Below, in pieces: positions 7,795-17,723 of a DNA stretch of 64,000 nucleotides. The translations under genes and the position numbers were made by a program. The stretch spans positions 960,001 to 1,024,000 of the forward strand of contig CAXXWC010000021.1 in NCBI GenBank assembly GCA_963668645.2, given 5' to 3'. Below the pieces are notes generated by a model. That model was not told the origin of the DNA. It worked only from the letters and a program-made list of their open reading frames with translations, and searched no databases. Position 1 is the stretch's first letter, and every line of letters begins with the position of its first letter. The stretch comes from Desulfobacterales bacterium. Its GTDB lineage: Bacteria; Desulfobacterota; Desulfobacteria; Desulfobacterales; UBA2174.

Positions 7795-9756
7795 TCACGG
7801 GACTCCCTGTCCGCGGAAGGGGTGCCCAGAAAGGTAAACCCTTCGCCGCTGTCCGATGGATTTAGCCAAATCTGCCATGTCGAACCTTGCGGCCAGCGCT
7901 GCCGCATGGCTGGCAATAGCCGCCGCTTCACGGTATCGACCGGCTTCGGCCAGCGCCGCCGCCAATGCATCCAAGGCCGCCGGCTGTTTCTCCCCCACGA
8001 GAACGATGAGGTGTTCCGCCAGCGAAACGGCCTGCGTTCCGTTTCGCACTTTCGGATTCGGATCGGAGGAAAGCAGCCAAATCAGCTGCACCATGGCTTC
8101 TGCCATATGGGGTTGGATCTGAAGCGCCTTTCGAAAATAAGCGGCCGCATCCTCCGAACGGCCGTCGGACCAGGCAACCCGTCCAAGGTTGTAGTAAGCG
8201 CCCACGTAGCTCGGATCGATTTGCAACACCTTTTCGTAAGCCGCGACCGCCTCGGCAAATCTTCCTTTCCTCGCAAGAACGGATCCCAGGGCGTTTTGCG
8301 CGCGCACGTCACTCGAATCAATGGCGAACGCCCGGCGGTAGTGGTACATCGCATCATCAAGCCGCCCTCGGCGGTCCAAAGCCTGCGCCAATCCGTAATG
8401 GGGTCTTGCCTTTTGCGGTGATTTTTCCACGCAATCGGACATCAGCCGCAGGTTGTCAGCCCAAACGAAATTCCGCTGGTATGTCCACACACTGAAAAGG
8501 CCGACGAGCAAAATGAGCGCCACGGTCGGCTGCCAGGCCGGACGCCAGACACGAACCACAACATCGGCCAGCGCCGCATAGATGATCATAGACGGAAGGT
8601 AGAAACGGTGCTCGAAAACAAGTTCCAGAGGAATTACCGAAGATTCGACAACCAGATTACCGAAAAACCAGAATACGGCAAAACTGGCCAAACGGTTCTT
8701 TCTGGCTCGCACCACGGCGAGCATGACCAGGGCAATAATCAGAAGCAATGACGCGAGAGTCGTCGGCGGTGCCAATAGAGCGGTGGAAATCATCACGTCG
8801 TGGTCCAGGTTCAACCGTGACGGATGGGGGAAAACAATCAGGGAAAGATAGAACACCAACACTCGTGTCTGGGTCAGAAGCCGCTCGGTGAGAGTAAATG
8901 GGCGTGTCTCGTAGCCGTCCTGGATCCATTGCGCCATGGCTGCCGGCCCATTCCCCGAGTAAAGCCACACACCGACAAAAACGCCCACGATGGCCACCAC
9001 CCCCAACAGAGCCAGCCGCCGCATCCATTGCCGATCGAGATCCCGGAAGAAAAACCCCTCATAGAGGATCAGGGCAAAGGGCAGGGTCGCTACAATCTCC
9101 TTAGAGCCGACACCTAAAAACGTGCAGATCATGCAAGCCGCAAACCATAAAATTTTAGATTTCCTCGTTTCGGCCTGCCGAGCGTAAACGAAACAAATCA
9201 TCGCGGCCAGGTAGAACGTGGCGGCCAGAAGGGTCATTCGTTGCACCACATAGCTGACCGCCTGGGTTTGGGCCGGATTGACAACCCAGATCAAGGCCCC
9301 CAGCAACGGGACCGTTTTCAGGTCCCTCACCCCTTTCCGGCTTCCCCCATTTGCATGAATCTGCAACAGTGTCTGAAGCAATAAGAAATACAGCAACGCT
9401 CCATTTGTTGCATGGATGGCGATGTTGACCAGATGATAGCCGAACACCGCATAACCGTGCAGGTAGTAGTTGAGGGCGAAGCTCACGTTTGCGACAGGAC
9501 GAGTCGAAAGCCGTCCGGCGGCCGCGCGCTTCAACTGGACCCCATCTAACCGGTCGATCCGGATCAACGCATTATCTACAATGTTCGGAATATCGTCAAA
9601 AACGAATGGACCGCCAAGACTGTTGGAGTAAAGGCAAAAGGCCATAGCGGCAAAGACAAAGGCAACAAGATAAATTGAAAACAAAGGAACAGCCTGAGCC
9701 TTGCCTTGGCGATTCGCAGATATATCGGCGGATATTCCCATGGAAAAGACAAACAC
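7795..9756 (-). CDS. Second TMTC-like GT-C glycosyltransferase with TPRs
   Basis: FVFDD, RPV, YHLVN, NPAQTQAVSYVVQR, SKE, EHRFYLPS, TPRs; exact start uncertain (9756 or 9741). Confidence 0.8.
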   Translation of the reverse strand: MFVFSMGISADISANRQGKAQAVPLFSIYLVAFVFAAMAFCLYSNSLGGPFVFDDIPNIVDNALIRIDRLDGVQLKRAAAGRLSTRPVANVSFALNYYLHGYAVFGYHLVNIAIHATNGALLYFLLLQTLLQIHANGGSRKGVRDLKTVPLLGALIWVVNPAQTQAVSYVVQRMTLLAATFYLAAMICFVYARQAETRKSKILWFAACMICTFLGVGSKEIVATLPFALILYEGFFFRDLDRQWMRRLALLGVVAIVGVFVGVWLYSGNGPAAMAQWIQDGYETRPFTLTERLLTQTRVLVFYLSLIVFPHPSRLNLDHDVMISTALLAPPTTLASLLLIIALVMLAVVRARKNRLASFAVFWFFGNLVVESSVIPLELVFEHRFYLPSMIIYAALADVVVRVWRPAWQPTVALILLVGLFSVWTYQRNFVWADNLRLMSDCVEKSPQKARPHYGLAQALDRRGRLDDAMYHYRRAFAIDSSDVRAQNALGSVLARKGRFAEAVAAYEKVLQIDPSYVGAYYNLGRVAWSDGRSEDAAAYFRKALQIQPHMAEAMVQLIWLLSSDPNPKVRNGTQAVSLAEHLIVLVGEKQPAALDALAAALAEAGRYREAAAIASHAAALAARFDMADLAKSIGQRRRVYLSGHPFRGQGVP

Positions 9757-9811
9757 TGATATATCTAAAAGTATAGCCGGAGGGTTGCCGGAGGGTACCG
9801 ATTATCCACTA

Positions 9812-11481
9812 GTTTCCGTCCATAAATCGCCAAAATCAGCCGCCCGAGGACCCTGCAAAGAGGCGGCAGGCGAATAATCTCGAAAGAATTTAGCAAAAAA
9901 CAAGCCCTTAACAGTAAATGTTACCATTCACCCTAAAATCCGGGAACACCTCACCTGTTGGCTTTACGTATCGAACGGGTGCCGTACCGTCAGGCCAACT
10001 GTTTGCGGGCAATCGTAAGCAGGTTGGCCGAAACGATCGACGCCCAAACATAACTCTGGAACGATCGCCATCCTTTCCAAATGCACCGATCCAGCCCCAG
10101 GCTGCGCTTGAGCCAGGATATGCCCGCCTCGATGCCGGCCCGGAAGCGACGAAGGCGCCTGTACACATACGGGCTGCGGCACATCTTCTCCGGGTCCAGG
10201 CCGCGCTTTTTGGCAAAACAGACGTCTTTGATTCCCTTGTCCTTGGCGGCCTTCAAATTCGCCTTGGAAGCAAACCCTCCGTCCAGTGCAACTTTGAGCG
10301 GGCAGCGCCCGTAAATCTTTTCTTGCCGATCGAGCATCGTCTGGGTCAAGGTCACATCGGCCGGGTTGCCTTCCACGATCTGACAATCGAGAATCAGGTT
10401 CGAACGGCCTCCGGTCAGACATATCTTGTGACCGAAAAATGTGTCGCGCCGGTCCTTGACGATGATGTCGGTATGCTCCTCGAAAATCGACACGAGCTTT
10501 TCCGAGGCCGGAACCTTCTCTCCTTTGATGACGCGGCGCTGGGTCTGCGCGATGACCTTTTCAGTCAGTGCAACGTAGCGTTCCAATTCAAAAAACAGGC
10601 CCAGCGCGGTCAGGTTGTCAGCACCGACCGTCTTGAGCCGTTCGATAGCGCGCCGGGCCGAAGCCAACGACTTTGCCGTGTACTTGAGAAGATCGACATA
10701 GGCCCCACGACGTTCATTTTTGCTGCGGGCGTACTGAATTTTGACCATGCGCCGTTTGGCCACCCGGCGGTGATCGTGGTATCCAAATCGGCCCAGGCCA
10801 AGATCCCGGACCCTTTGCTGCAACCGGCTCAGCACCCGGACACAATCATACAGCAGGCTCGAATCACTGGGCGCGTGGATATTGCTTTCGACAACCGTAC
10901 AATCGATACGTGCCACACGGCCTTTTTCGATCTTGTTTTGTTTGGCATAACCGAGCACTTCAAGGTTGATCGCCTCCCAGGTCTGATCCGACAGGGCCTT
11001 GATGTTTTTGTTGAGCACCGACTTTTTGAACCCCTTGTCGGCAATGCCGATACGGCAAAAACGCCGGATACTCTGGCTGTCGACCAGATGAAAAGCCAGG
11101 TCCTGGTAGGTCAACTCGTGGAGCCTCATCACCACGGCCGCTCGCAGCACCTGCTCGGCGCTCATGCCTTTTGCCCCGGCACGGCTGACAACACGGCGCC
11201 GCTTGCAAAGATCTTGCAGCACGAACTCGGTGATGATAGGTTTGCTGTCCAGGATGCCGGAGATGGCTTCGAGCTCTTGGGCTTGGATGTGGCTGGCGAT
11301 CTCGGGCATCAGGGGCATTTGGCGTTGCCATTTTTCGCGCATTTTGTGTTGGTCCTTTTCTCGGCTTTGTTAGTATTTACGGTTGTTTGGCGACATCGTT
11401 TATACTACACTCAGCCTCGAAACTCCAGCACAAAATGCGCTTTTTTATGCCGGCCGGATAGTTACGGCCGCGGATGGACAC
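9812..11481 (-). mobile_element. Insertion sequence copy 1 (1670 bp; ISNCY/IS5-like DDE)
   Basis: Near-identical to 25653-27323; imperfect IRs GTGTCCATCC/GTTTCCGTCC; CCACTA direct repeats at 9806-9811 and 11482-11487. Confidence 0.92.
9990..11342 (-). CDS. DDE transposase, 450 aa
   Basis: RIDCTVVESNIHAPSD, LDGGF, FRAGIEAGISWLKR. Confidence 0.93.
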   Translation of the reverse strand: MREKWQRQMPLMPEIASHIQAQELEAISGILDSKPIITEFVLQDLCKRRRVVSRAGAKGMSAEQVLRAAVVMRLHELTYQDLAFHLVDSQSIRRFCRIGIADKGFKKSVLNKNIKALSDQTWEAINLEVLGYAKQNKIEKGRVARIDCTVVESNIHAPSDSSLLYDCVRVLSRLQQRVRDLGLGRFGYHDHRRVAKRRMVKIQYARSKNERRGAYVDLLKYTAKSLASARRAIERLKTVGADNLTALGLFFELERYVALTEKVIAQTQRRVIKGEKVPASEKLVSIFEEHTDIIVKDRRDTFFGHKICLTGGRSNLILDCQIVEGNPADVTLTQTMLDRQEKIYGRCPLKVALDGGFASKANLKAAKDKGIKDVCFAKKRGLDPEKMCRSPYVYRRLRRFRAGIEAGISWLKRSLGLDRCIWKGWRSFQSYVWASIVSANLLTIARKQLA

Positions 11482-11579
11482 CCACTATAGTCGCAACCCA
11501 AAGCAAAATATAAAACAGAGGAGATACGTTATAATGAGCTGACAGCGGTTTGGAACCTGTTGCAGATCCGAAAAACGAT

Positions 11580-11609
11580 AAAAAAATAGGGGGTATCTCG
11601 ACCCCCTAT
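11580..11609 (-). terminator. pilA intrinsic terminator
   Basis: ATAGGGGGT/ACCCCCTAT stem followed by a T-run on the minus strand, ~25 nt after the pilA stop. Confidence 0.75.
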
Positions 11610-11632
11610 CCCTTGAAAATTATTGATCACCG

Positions 11633-12025
11633 CTACTGCTGAGTCACTTGACCTGCTGTATCCATCGCAAAAGTATTAGCAGAACTCGAGTGCTTAAAGG
11701 TCATCGCAGTTGGCATGGTAATTACGCCTGACCCGTCATCGCGAATTGACCCTGCTGCAGTAATATCGGCAGGCAAGACAAATCCCGTGGGCGCGTTAGC
11801 AGTCGTAGTATCAAGGGTGGCGTGGCCTTTGTCTGCAAAGTATGCCAATGCAGTGTTATAGAAGTTTTTCGCTGCACTTTTAGCCGCCTGATCCTGCCCG
11901 CGGGTCCGGTAAGAGAGGAAGTTGGGAATCGCGATGGCCGCCAGAATGCCGATGATGGCGATGACGATCATCAACTCGATGAGGGTGAAGCCTTTTTGCC
12001 GTCTGGGTCTTAGCCGCTGCAACAT
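11633..12025 (-). CDS. pilA: Type IVa major pilin
   Basis: Class III signal peptide [34 protein letters not shown]; sigma54 promoter and PilR upstream. Confidence 0.92.
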   Translation of the reverse strand: MLQRLRPRRQKGFTLIELMIVIAIIGILAAIAIPNFLSYRTRGQDQAAKSAAKNFYNTALAYFADKGHATLDTTTANAPTGFVLPADITAAGSIRDDGSGVITMPTAMTFKHSSSANTFAMDTAGQVTQQ

Positions 12026-12132
12026 GGGGTGCCTCCTTTTGGTAGATAGATAATAATAGATGTCTGATATATCCGTGCCGAAATTGAATTCAGGCTACGA
12101 AAAACCGCACCTTCGCTTTTGGCTTAAAAGAC

Positions 12133-12149
12133 AGCAAAGAATGTGCCAA
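12133..12149 (-). promoter_or_regulatory. Sigma54 -24/-12 promoter of pilA
   Basis: Minus strand TTGGCAC-ATTCT-TTGCT matches the TGGCAC-N5-TTGC consensus. Confidence 0.85.
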
Positions 12150-12242
12150 TCCCCAAAAGTTTTTAAGACGACTCAACCATCGATTATTGCAGGCGATCTA
12201 ACAACGGGCAGCAACGCCTGCCGAGAAAGGGGCGGGGGGCGT

Positions 12243-12278
12243 TGACAAAATACGTCAGACGAATGACAAATATTGTCA
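12243..12278. promoter_or_regulatory. Tandem palindromic enhancer sites (putative PilR UAS)
   Basis: TGACAAAATACGTCA (12243-12257) and TGACAAATATTGTCA (12264-12278), 21 bp apart. Confidence 0.65.
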
Positions 12279-12395
12279 GAAAGGCGTCTTGATCTCGCCG
12301 CAGGGAAAATCGTAATGGCCCGGAAGGCGGAATAATCCCGGAAAAAATATTGGAAAAGCGGCGCAGGCCCATCGTTAAGCAAGCGAAAAGGCCCT

Positions 12396-13784
12396 TCACT
12401 GGATCCCAAACTTCGCCAGCCGGTGTCGCATGCTCCGAAAGGACAATCCAAGAAGCTCGGCCGCCCGGCTCTTGTTGCCACCGCTGCACTCCAGGGCCTT
12501 TTCAAGGTAGGCTCGTTCGATCTCCTCTATAATAGCGTCCAGCTCGACACCGTTCTCAACGTCCTCAAGATCCTGAAACCGTCGTCCAACGGTTTGCTTC
12601 CAGCGATGCTTGTGCATGGACAGGGCCAGACTGTCGGGCAGGATGATGTTGGTGGTCGACAAGGCGACCGAGCGTTCGATGAGATTTTCCAGTTCGCGTA
12701 TATTTCCTGGGAAATCGTATCGCTGGAGCAAATCGATGGCGTAGCTGGAGATTTTGGTGATCTTCTTGCCCATCTGGCGGCTGTATTTTTCCAGAAAATG
12801 TTGAGCCAAGAGGCGAAGGTCGTCCTTGCGCTCACGCAGAGGCGGCAGGCGGATCTCAATGACGTTGAGCCGGTAGAAAAGATCCTCCCGAAATCGACCC
12901 GCGATCACTTCCTCTTCCAGGTTCTTGTTGGTCGCGGCGATGATCCGGAGGTCAGCCGAGACGTCCTCGTTTCCGCCTAAGGGCTTGAAGACCCTCTCCT
13001 GAAGAGCCCGCAGCAGCTTGACCTGAATCTGAGGACTGATCTCGCCGATCTCATCCAAAAAAAGGGTACCCCGGTCGGCCACGGCAAACAGGCCTTTTTG
13101 GTCCTGGGTGGCCCCGGTAAAGGCGCCCTTCTTATGTCCGAAAAGTTCGCTCTCCAGCAGGGTTTCAGGTATCCCGCCGCAATTGACCACCACGAAGGGC
13201 TGCTCGCTGCGTTCGCTCTGCTCGTGAAGGGCTTGGGCGATGAGCTCTTTGCCGGTACCGCTCTCACCGGTGATCAGGATATTGGTGCGGGTGGCGGCCA
13301 CTTGCAGAATCAGCTTGTATACGTGCATCATCTGAGTGCTGTGGCCCACGATACGTCCGAAATGGACTGTTTTTTGCAGTTCGTCGTCCAGGCGCTGCTT
13401 TTCTGCTTCCAGGGTTTTAAGATCCAGGGCCTTGCGGATGGTCTGTTGCAGTTCTTCCATATTGAACGGCTTGGGCACGTAATCGTACGCTCCCAGGTTC
13501 ATCGCTTCTACGGCCGTTTCGGTGCTGGCATAAGCCGATATCATGATCACCACCGTATCGGGATCCTTCTGCCGGGCCACCTTCAATACCTCCAGGCCGG
13601 TGATATCGCCCAGCCGGATGTCGCAGAGCAATAAGTCGAAATGGTTCTTTTCCAGAAGCGTCAAGGCGCTCTTGCCGTTGGGCGCCAATCGTACCCCGTA
13701 GCCCATACGTTCAAGCATAAGCTCCAGGATCTCGCGCATCCCTTCTTCGTCTTCGACGACCAGAATTTGGGTATCGGAATTCAT
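12396..13784 (-). CDS. pilR: Sigma54-dependent response regulator, PilR type
   Basis: REC domain, GESGTGKE, GAFTGA, Fis HTH; directly upstream of pilA; probable start MNSDTQ. Confidence 0.85.
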   Translation of the reverse strand: MNSDTQILVVEDEEGMREILELMLERMGYGVRLAPNGKSALTLLEKNHFDLLLCDIRLGDITGLEVLKVARQKDPDTVVIMISAYASTETAVEAMNLGAYDYVPKPFNMEELQQTIRKALDLKTLEAEKQRLDDELQKTVHFGRIVGHSTQMMHVYKLILQVAATRTNILITGESGTGKELIAQALHEQSERSEQPFVVVNCGGIPETLLESELFGHKKGAFTGATQDQKGLFAVADRGTLFLDEIGEISPQIQVKLLRALQERVFKPLGGNEDVSADLRIIAATNKNLEEEVIAGRFREDLFYRLNVIEIRLPPLRERKDDLRLLAQHFLEKYSRQMGKKITKISSYAIDLLQRYDFPGNIRELENLIERSVALSTTNIILPDSLALSMHKHRWKQTVGRRFQDLEDVENGVELDAIIEEIERAYLEKALECSGGNKSRAAELLGLSFRSMRHRLAKFGIQ

Positions 13785-14121
13785 GCATGCATCTCCGGAT
13801 ATCGGATATTGGATCTCAGCGCTGCCGCCGGCTGCTGATGCAGCCCGGTCGGCCGAACAAGTAACGAAAACCGAAAACACGGCCGCTCCGGAACGAAATG
13901 CCGATATGAAAGATCTGTGTAAAGATCAAGGCACTGGAATGGATCAAGCCCAGATCTGATTCGTTCGCATGATACAGCCAGCTGCGGTGAACTGAATCCC
14001 GGCGTGCAAAATTTCGGCGTTATTTATACGGCTCTATGGAACGCAAGATACAGATTCCCAAAATGGACTGCATCACCGGAAAAGAAAGCTGGCCGCCAGC
14101 CGATCCCCCGGGCGGCTGTTT

Positions 14122-15402
14122 TTAAAGCTTTCTTTCATAAACCACCCGCCCGGCCACCAGGGTCATTACCACGCCTCCTGTGACCTGCCATCCGTCAAAG
14201 GGAGTATTGCGGCTGAGACTCAAGAAGCGGCGGCTGTCCACGCTCCAGCTCAGAGCCGGATCGATGAGAGTCATATCTGCCGGGCCGCCTTCGGCCAGGC
14301 CGCAAGGCAGGTTTAGGATGTGCGCAGGATTGACCGTCAGCTTGGCAACCAGTTCAGTGAGGCTCAGCACCCCGTCGGTCACCAGCTGCAAGGACAGAGG
14401 CAGGGCGGTCTCGAGCCCGATGATGCCGTTGGCCGCTTGATCGAATTCCAGATCTTTTTCCAGGGTGCTGTGGGGGGCGTGATCCGTGGCGATGGCATCC
14501 AAGGTGCCGTCGGCAAGACCTCGCCGCACGGCTTGGCGGTCCGCCTCGCTACGCAAAGGTGGATTCATTTTGGCACGAGTATCGTAATCGGCAACGGCAG
14601 CATCGGTAAGGGCAAAGTAATGCGGGGCCGTTTCTGCCGTTACCTTCACACCGTGCTGCTTGGCGGCCCGAATGGCGTCCACCGATTCGGCACAGCTGAC
14701 ATGGGCGACATGCAAGTGCGCACCGGTCAACTCGGCCAAGGCGATGTCGCGCATCACCATGATGCTCTCGGCCGCATTAGGAATTCCGGCCAACCCCAAA
14801 CGGGTGGCTACCGGTCCCTCGTTCATCACCCCCTCGCCCACCAGATCCAAATCTTCGCAGTGGCTGATGACCGTCATGTCGAAGCCGCGGGCGTATTCCA
14901 TGGCCCTGCGCATCATACGGCTGCCGGCCACCGGCCGGCCGTCATCGGAAAAAGCGACGGCTCCGGCATCTTTGAGGTCGGCAAATTCGCACAGTTGACT
15001 GCCCGCCTGTCCCCGGGTGACGGCCGCCACCGGGTAAACCCTGGCCGAGGCGGCGGCCCGGGCCTGCTCCAGCATAAAACGGGTCACTTGGGCATTGTCG
15101 TTAACCGGCACGGTGTTGGGCATGGCGCACACGGCCGCAAACCCGCCGGCAGCCGCCGCCCGGCAGCCGCTGGCGATGGTTTCCTTGTATTCCTGGCCCG
15201 GCTCGCGCAAATGCACATGCATGTCGATCAGGCCCGGCACCAGCAGCATCCCGGTGCCGTCGACAACCCTGTCAGCCGGTGCATTGGTCGCATCCTTCAT
15301 CGACCGTAAGCTCTCGATGCACCCCTCGGCGACTACCAGCTCGCCGGCCATGTCGGTGCGGCCCGGATCAAGGATCCGTGCATTGCTAATCCGGATTCGC
15401 AT
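14122..15402 (-). CDS. pyrC: Dihydroorotase
   Basis: [23 protein letters not shown]; overlaps pyrB. Confidence 0.95.
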   Translation of the reverse strand: MRIRISNARILDPGRTDMAGELVVAEGCIESLRSMKDATNAPADRVVDGTGMLLVPGLIDMHVHLREPGQEYKETIASGCRAAAAGGFAAVCAMPNTVPVNDNAQVTRFMLEQARAAASARVYPVAAVTRGQAGSQLCEFADLKDAGAVAFSDDGRPVAGSRMMRRAMEYARGFDMTVISHCEDLDLVGEGVMNEGPVATRLGLAGIPNAAESIMVMRDIALAELTGAHLHVAHVSCAESVDAIRAAKQHGVKVTAETAPHYFALTDAAVADYDTRAKMNPPLRSEADRQAVRRGLADGTLDAIATDHAPHSTLEKDLEFDQAANGIIGLETALPLSLQLVTDGVLSLTELVAKLTVNPAHILNLPCGLAEGGPADMTLIDPALSWSVDSRRFLSLSRNTPFDGWQVTGGVVMTLVAGRVVYERKL

Positions 15403-16324
15403 TGCGGGTTCCTCCTAACACCAGAAAAAGCATGGCCATGCGCACCGCCACTCCGTTGGTCACCTGGTCGAGAATCACCGAAAACGGCCCGTCGGCGACA
15501 TCCGGAGCCAGCTCCACACCCCGGTTGACCGGTCCTGGATGCATGATCAGGACGTCGGGCCGCGCCTTTGCCAGATGCGCCCGATTCAGGCCGTAGACGC
15601 GGGCGTATTCCCTCTCGGTGGGAAAAAGCCCCCCTTGCTGGCGTTCCTTTTGGATGCGCAGCATCATGATCACATCGGCCCCCTCGATAGCCCGATCCAC
15701 CTTGCAGGTCACCTCGGCGCCCAACTGCTCAATCCCCTTGGGGATCATGGTGGGCGGTCCGGCCAGAATCACCTGGGACCCCATGCGGGTAAAACCGATA
15801 CAGTTGGATCGGGCCACACGGCTGTGGGCGATATCCCCGATGATGGCGATGCGCAACCCGTCCAATCTTCCCTTGTGGTCGCGCACAGTAAGCATATCGA
15901 GCAGGGACTGGCTCGGATGTTCGTGGCGCCCGTCACCGGCGTTGATTACACTGCAGCGCACGTTGCGGGCGATCAGATGGGGGGCGCCGGCACTAGAATG
16001 GCGGATAACGATGACATCCGGATTCATGGCGTCAAGGTTGCGGGCCGTGTCGATGAGGCTTTCGCCCTTGACCAGGCTGCTGGTGCTTTTGGACAGGCTG
16101 AGGCTGTCGGCCGAAAGGCGCTTGGCGGCAACATCGAAAGATGTTTTGGTCCGCGTGCTCGGCTCGTAGAAAAAATGCACCACGGCCTTGCCGCGCAGGG
16201 TCGGCACTTTTTTTATAGGACGGTTGGAAATCTCGCGCATCTGCACGGCGGTGTCGAGAATCAGGTTTATCTCCTCCACCGACAAGGGTGCGATGCCGAG
16301 AATGTCTTTGCGCGTCAGTTGCAT
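15386..16324 (-). CDS. pyrB: Aspartate carbamoyltransferase catalytic subunit
   Basis: [31 protein letters not shown]. Confidence 0.97.
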   Translation of the reverse strand: MQLTRKDILGIAPLSVEEINLILDTAVQMREISNRPIKKVPTLRGKAVVHFFYEPSTRTKTSFDVAAKRLSADSLSLSKSTSSLVKGESLIDTARNLDAMNPDVIVIRHSSAGAPHLIARNVRCSVINAGDGRHEHPSQSLLDMLTVRDHKGRLDGLRIAIIGDIAHSRVARSNCIGFTRMGSQVILAGPPTMIPKGIEQLGAEVTCKVDRAIEGADVIMMLRIQKERQQGGLFPTEREYARVYGLNRAHLAKARPDVLIMHPGPVNRGVELAPDVADGPFSVILDQVTNGVAVRMAMLFLVLGGTRNANPD

Positions 16325-16411
16325 GGGGGCTCCAGCAAGGTGTTGAGAGCTAAAATGATATACAATCCCATCGCGCCGCCATTCAAAGTCCGCTCATCTT
16401 TTCCGCCCGTT

Positions 16412-17101
16412 TCATTTGATAAGGGTTCCAATCCGATCCCAGCGCACCCAGCGCCACCAAGTCAGCCACTCGGCTCCGCCCGGAAAGTGCTCCTTGTCCC
16501 AGGACCAATAAATGATAAAAGCCTCCCCCTTGACGGCCTTTAAATCCACAAATCCCCAGAAGCGGCTGTCGTAGCTGTGATCGCGATTGTCGCCCATCAC
16601 GAAAATCTTATCGGGTGGAACGGTCACCGGTCCCATATTGTCACGCGGCTGGAGGATCCCCGGGAGCACGTGGGGATCCATGAAGACTGCATAGGGCCGT
16701 TCAACGAGTTGCCCATTGATAAAGAGCTTCTTGTTTCGCACCTCCACCGTATCCCCGGCCACGGCTACGGTGCGTTTGATAAAGTCCTTGTCCGGATCCT
16801 CTGGAAAACGGAATACGACGATGTCCTCGGATTCGGGCTTACCGATCGGGATCAGGGTGGTTCCGAGCCAGGGCAGTTTGATGCCGTAGATGAACTTGTT
16901 GACCAGGATGTGATCTCCGATTTGAAGGGTCTCTTTCATCGAACCGGAAGGAATCTTGAAGGCCTGGACAACGAAGGCCCGGATAAACAGGGCGAGGAGA
17001 ATGGCGATGACAATGGCCTCGACATTTTCCCGCACACGCCCCTTGGTCGCAGAGGGCGAATTGTTTGGCGCTGCCGAATGTGAATTCACTGCATGGCTCA
17101 T
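16412..17101 (-). CDS. lepB: Signal peptidase I
   Basis: IPSGSM, FIKR, GDNRDHSYDSRFWG. Confidence 0.95.
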   Translation of the reverse strand: MSHAVNSHSAAPNNSPSATKGRVRENVEAIVIAILLALFIRAFVVQAFKIPSGSMKETLQIGDHILVNKFIYGIKLPWLGTTLIPIGKPESEDIVVFRFPEDPDKDFIKRTVAVAGDTVEVRNKKLFINGQLVERPYAVFMDPHVLPGILQPRDNMGPVTVPPDKIFVMGDNRDHSYDSRFWGFVDLKAVKGEAFIIYWSWDKEHFPGGAEWLTWWRWVRWDRIGTLIK

Positions 17102-17135
17102 TTTTCGTTTAACTTATGTCAAAGGTATATTTTAT

Positions 17136-17591
17136 CTATAAATAATGAAGTCCGCCGCGCAATAAAATATTGGCCACGATCCCGGCGGCCACATCGTCGG
17201 CCACGATCCCGATTCCCCCCGGCAGCTTTTCCAGGCGCCGGATGGGATATGGCTTGAGGATATCCAAGAGGCGGAAAAGGATAAATCCTGCGATGAGCAC
17301 GGCTCCATTGATCGGTATGCCCCAAAGCGTCACCAGCATGCCGGCCATCTCGTCGACAATAATGCTGCCCGGGTCCCTGGCTCCGAGCACCTTAGCCCCT
17401 CGGCCGGCCGCCCAGACCGCCAGCACCAGGAATACCAAAATGGCCAAGGCAGCGGTCTGCGGTTCGATGGCAGCCACCAGGAGGCACAAAGGAATCCCCG
17501 CGACCGTGCCGAAGGTGCCGGGAGCCACGGGGATCTTTCCGACCATCAGGCCGGTCGCACACCAGACCGCCACTTTGTCCATGGGCGTCAT
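17136..17591 (-). CDS. pgpA: Phosphatidylglycerophosphatase A
   Basis: APGTFGT, DPGSIIVDE, FRLLDILKP, DDVAAG. Confidence 0.93.
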   Translation of the reverse strand: MTPMDKVAVWCATGLMVGKIPVAPGTFGTVAGIPLCLLVAAIEPQTAALAILVFLVLAVWAAGRGAKVLGARDPGSIIVDEMAGMLVTLWGIPINGAVLIAGFILFRLLDILKPYPIRRLEKLPGGIGIVADDVAAGIVANILLRGGLHYL

Positions 17592-17723
17592 GGCTGGTGT
17601 CTATCCGCTGCCTTGGCGTTTGTCAAGTTATCAGAATCGGTGGTGTCCATTCCGTTCATGATGATCTGTTCATGGTCGCCTGCGCCTTGCGCGGCAAGTA
17701 AAACCACAAGAGCCGGTCAAGTC

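Noticed and set aside
9918..11513. Long antisense ORFs over the transposases (also 25673-27217) and over typA, dapL, nspC and others
   Set aside because: Shadow frames of well-supported genes in GC-rich DNA, with no recognisable motifs
11633..11989. Electrically conductive (e-pilin) assignment
   Set aside because: It has F1, F24, Y27, Y50 and F51, but only 10 F/Y/W in 118 residues (8.5%), no aromatic at 32 or 57, and a 27-residue aromatic-free gap; borderline at best
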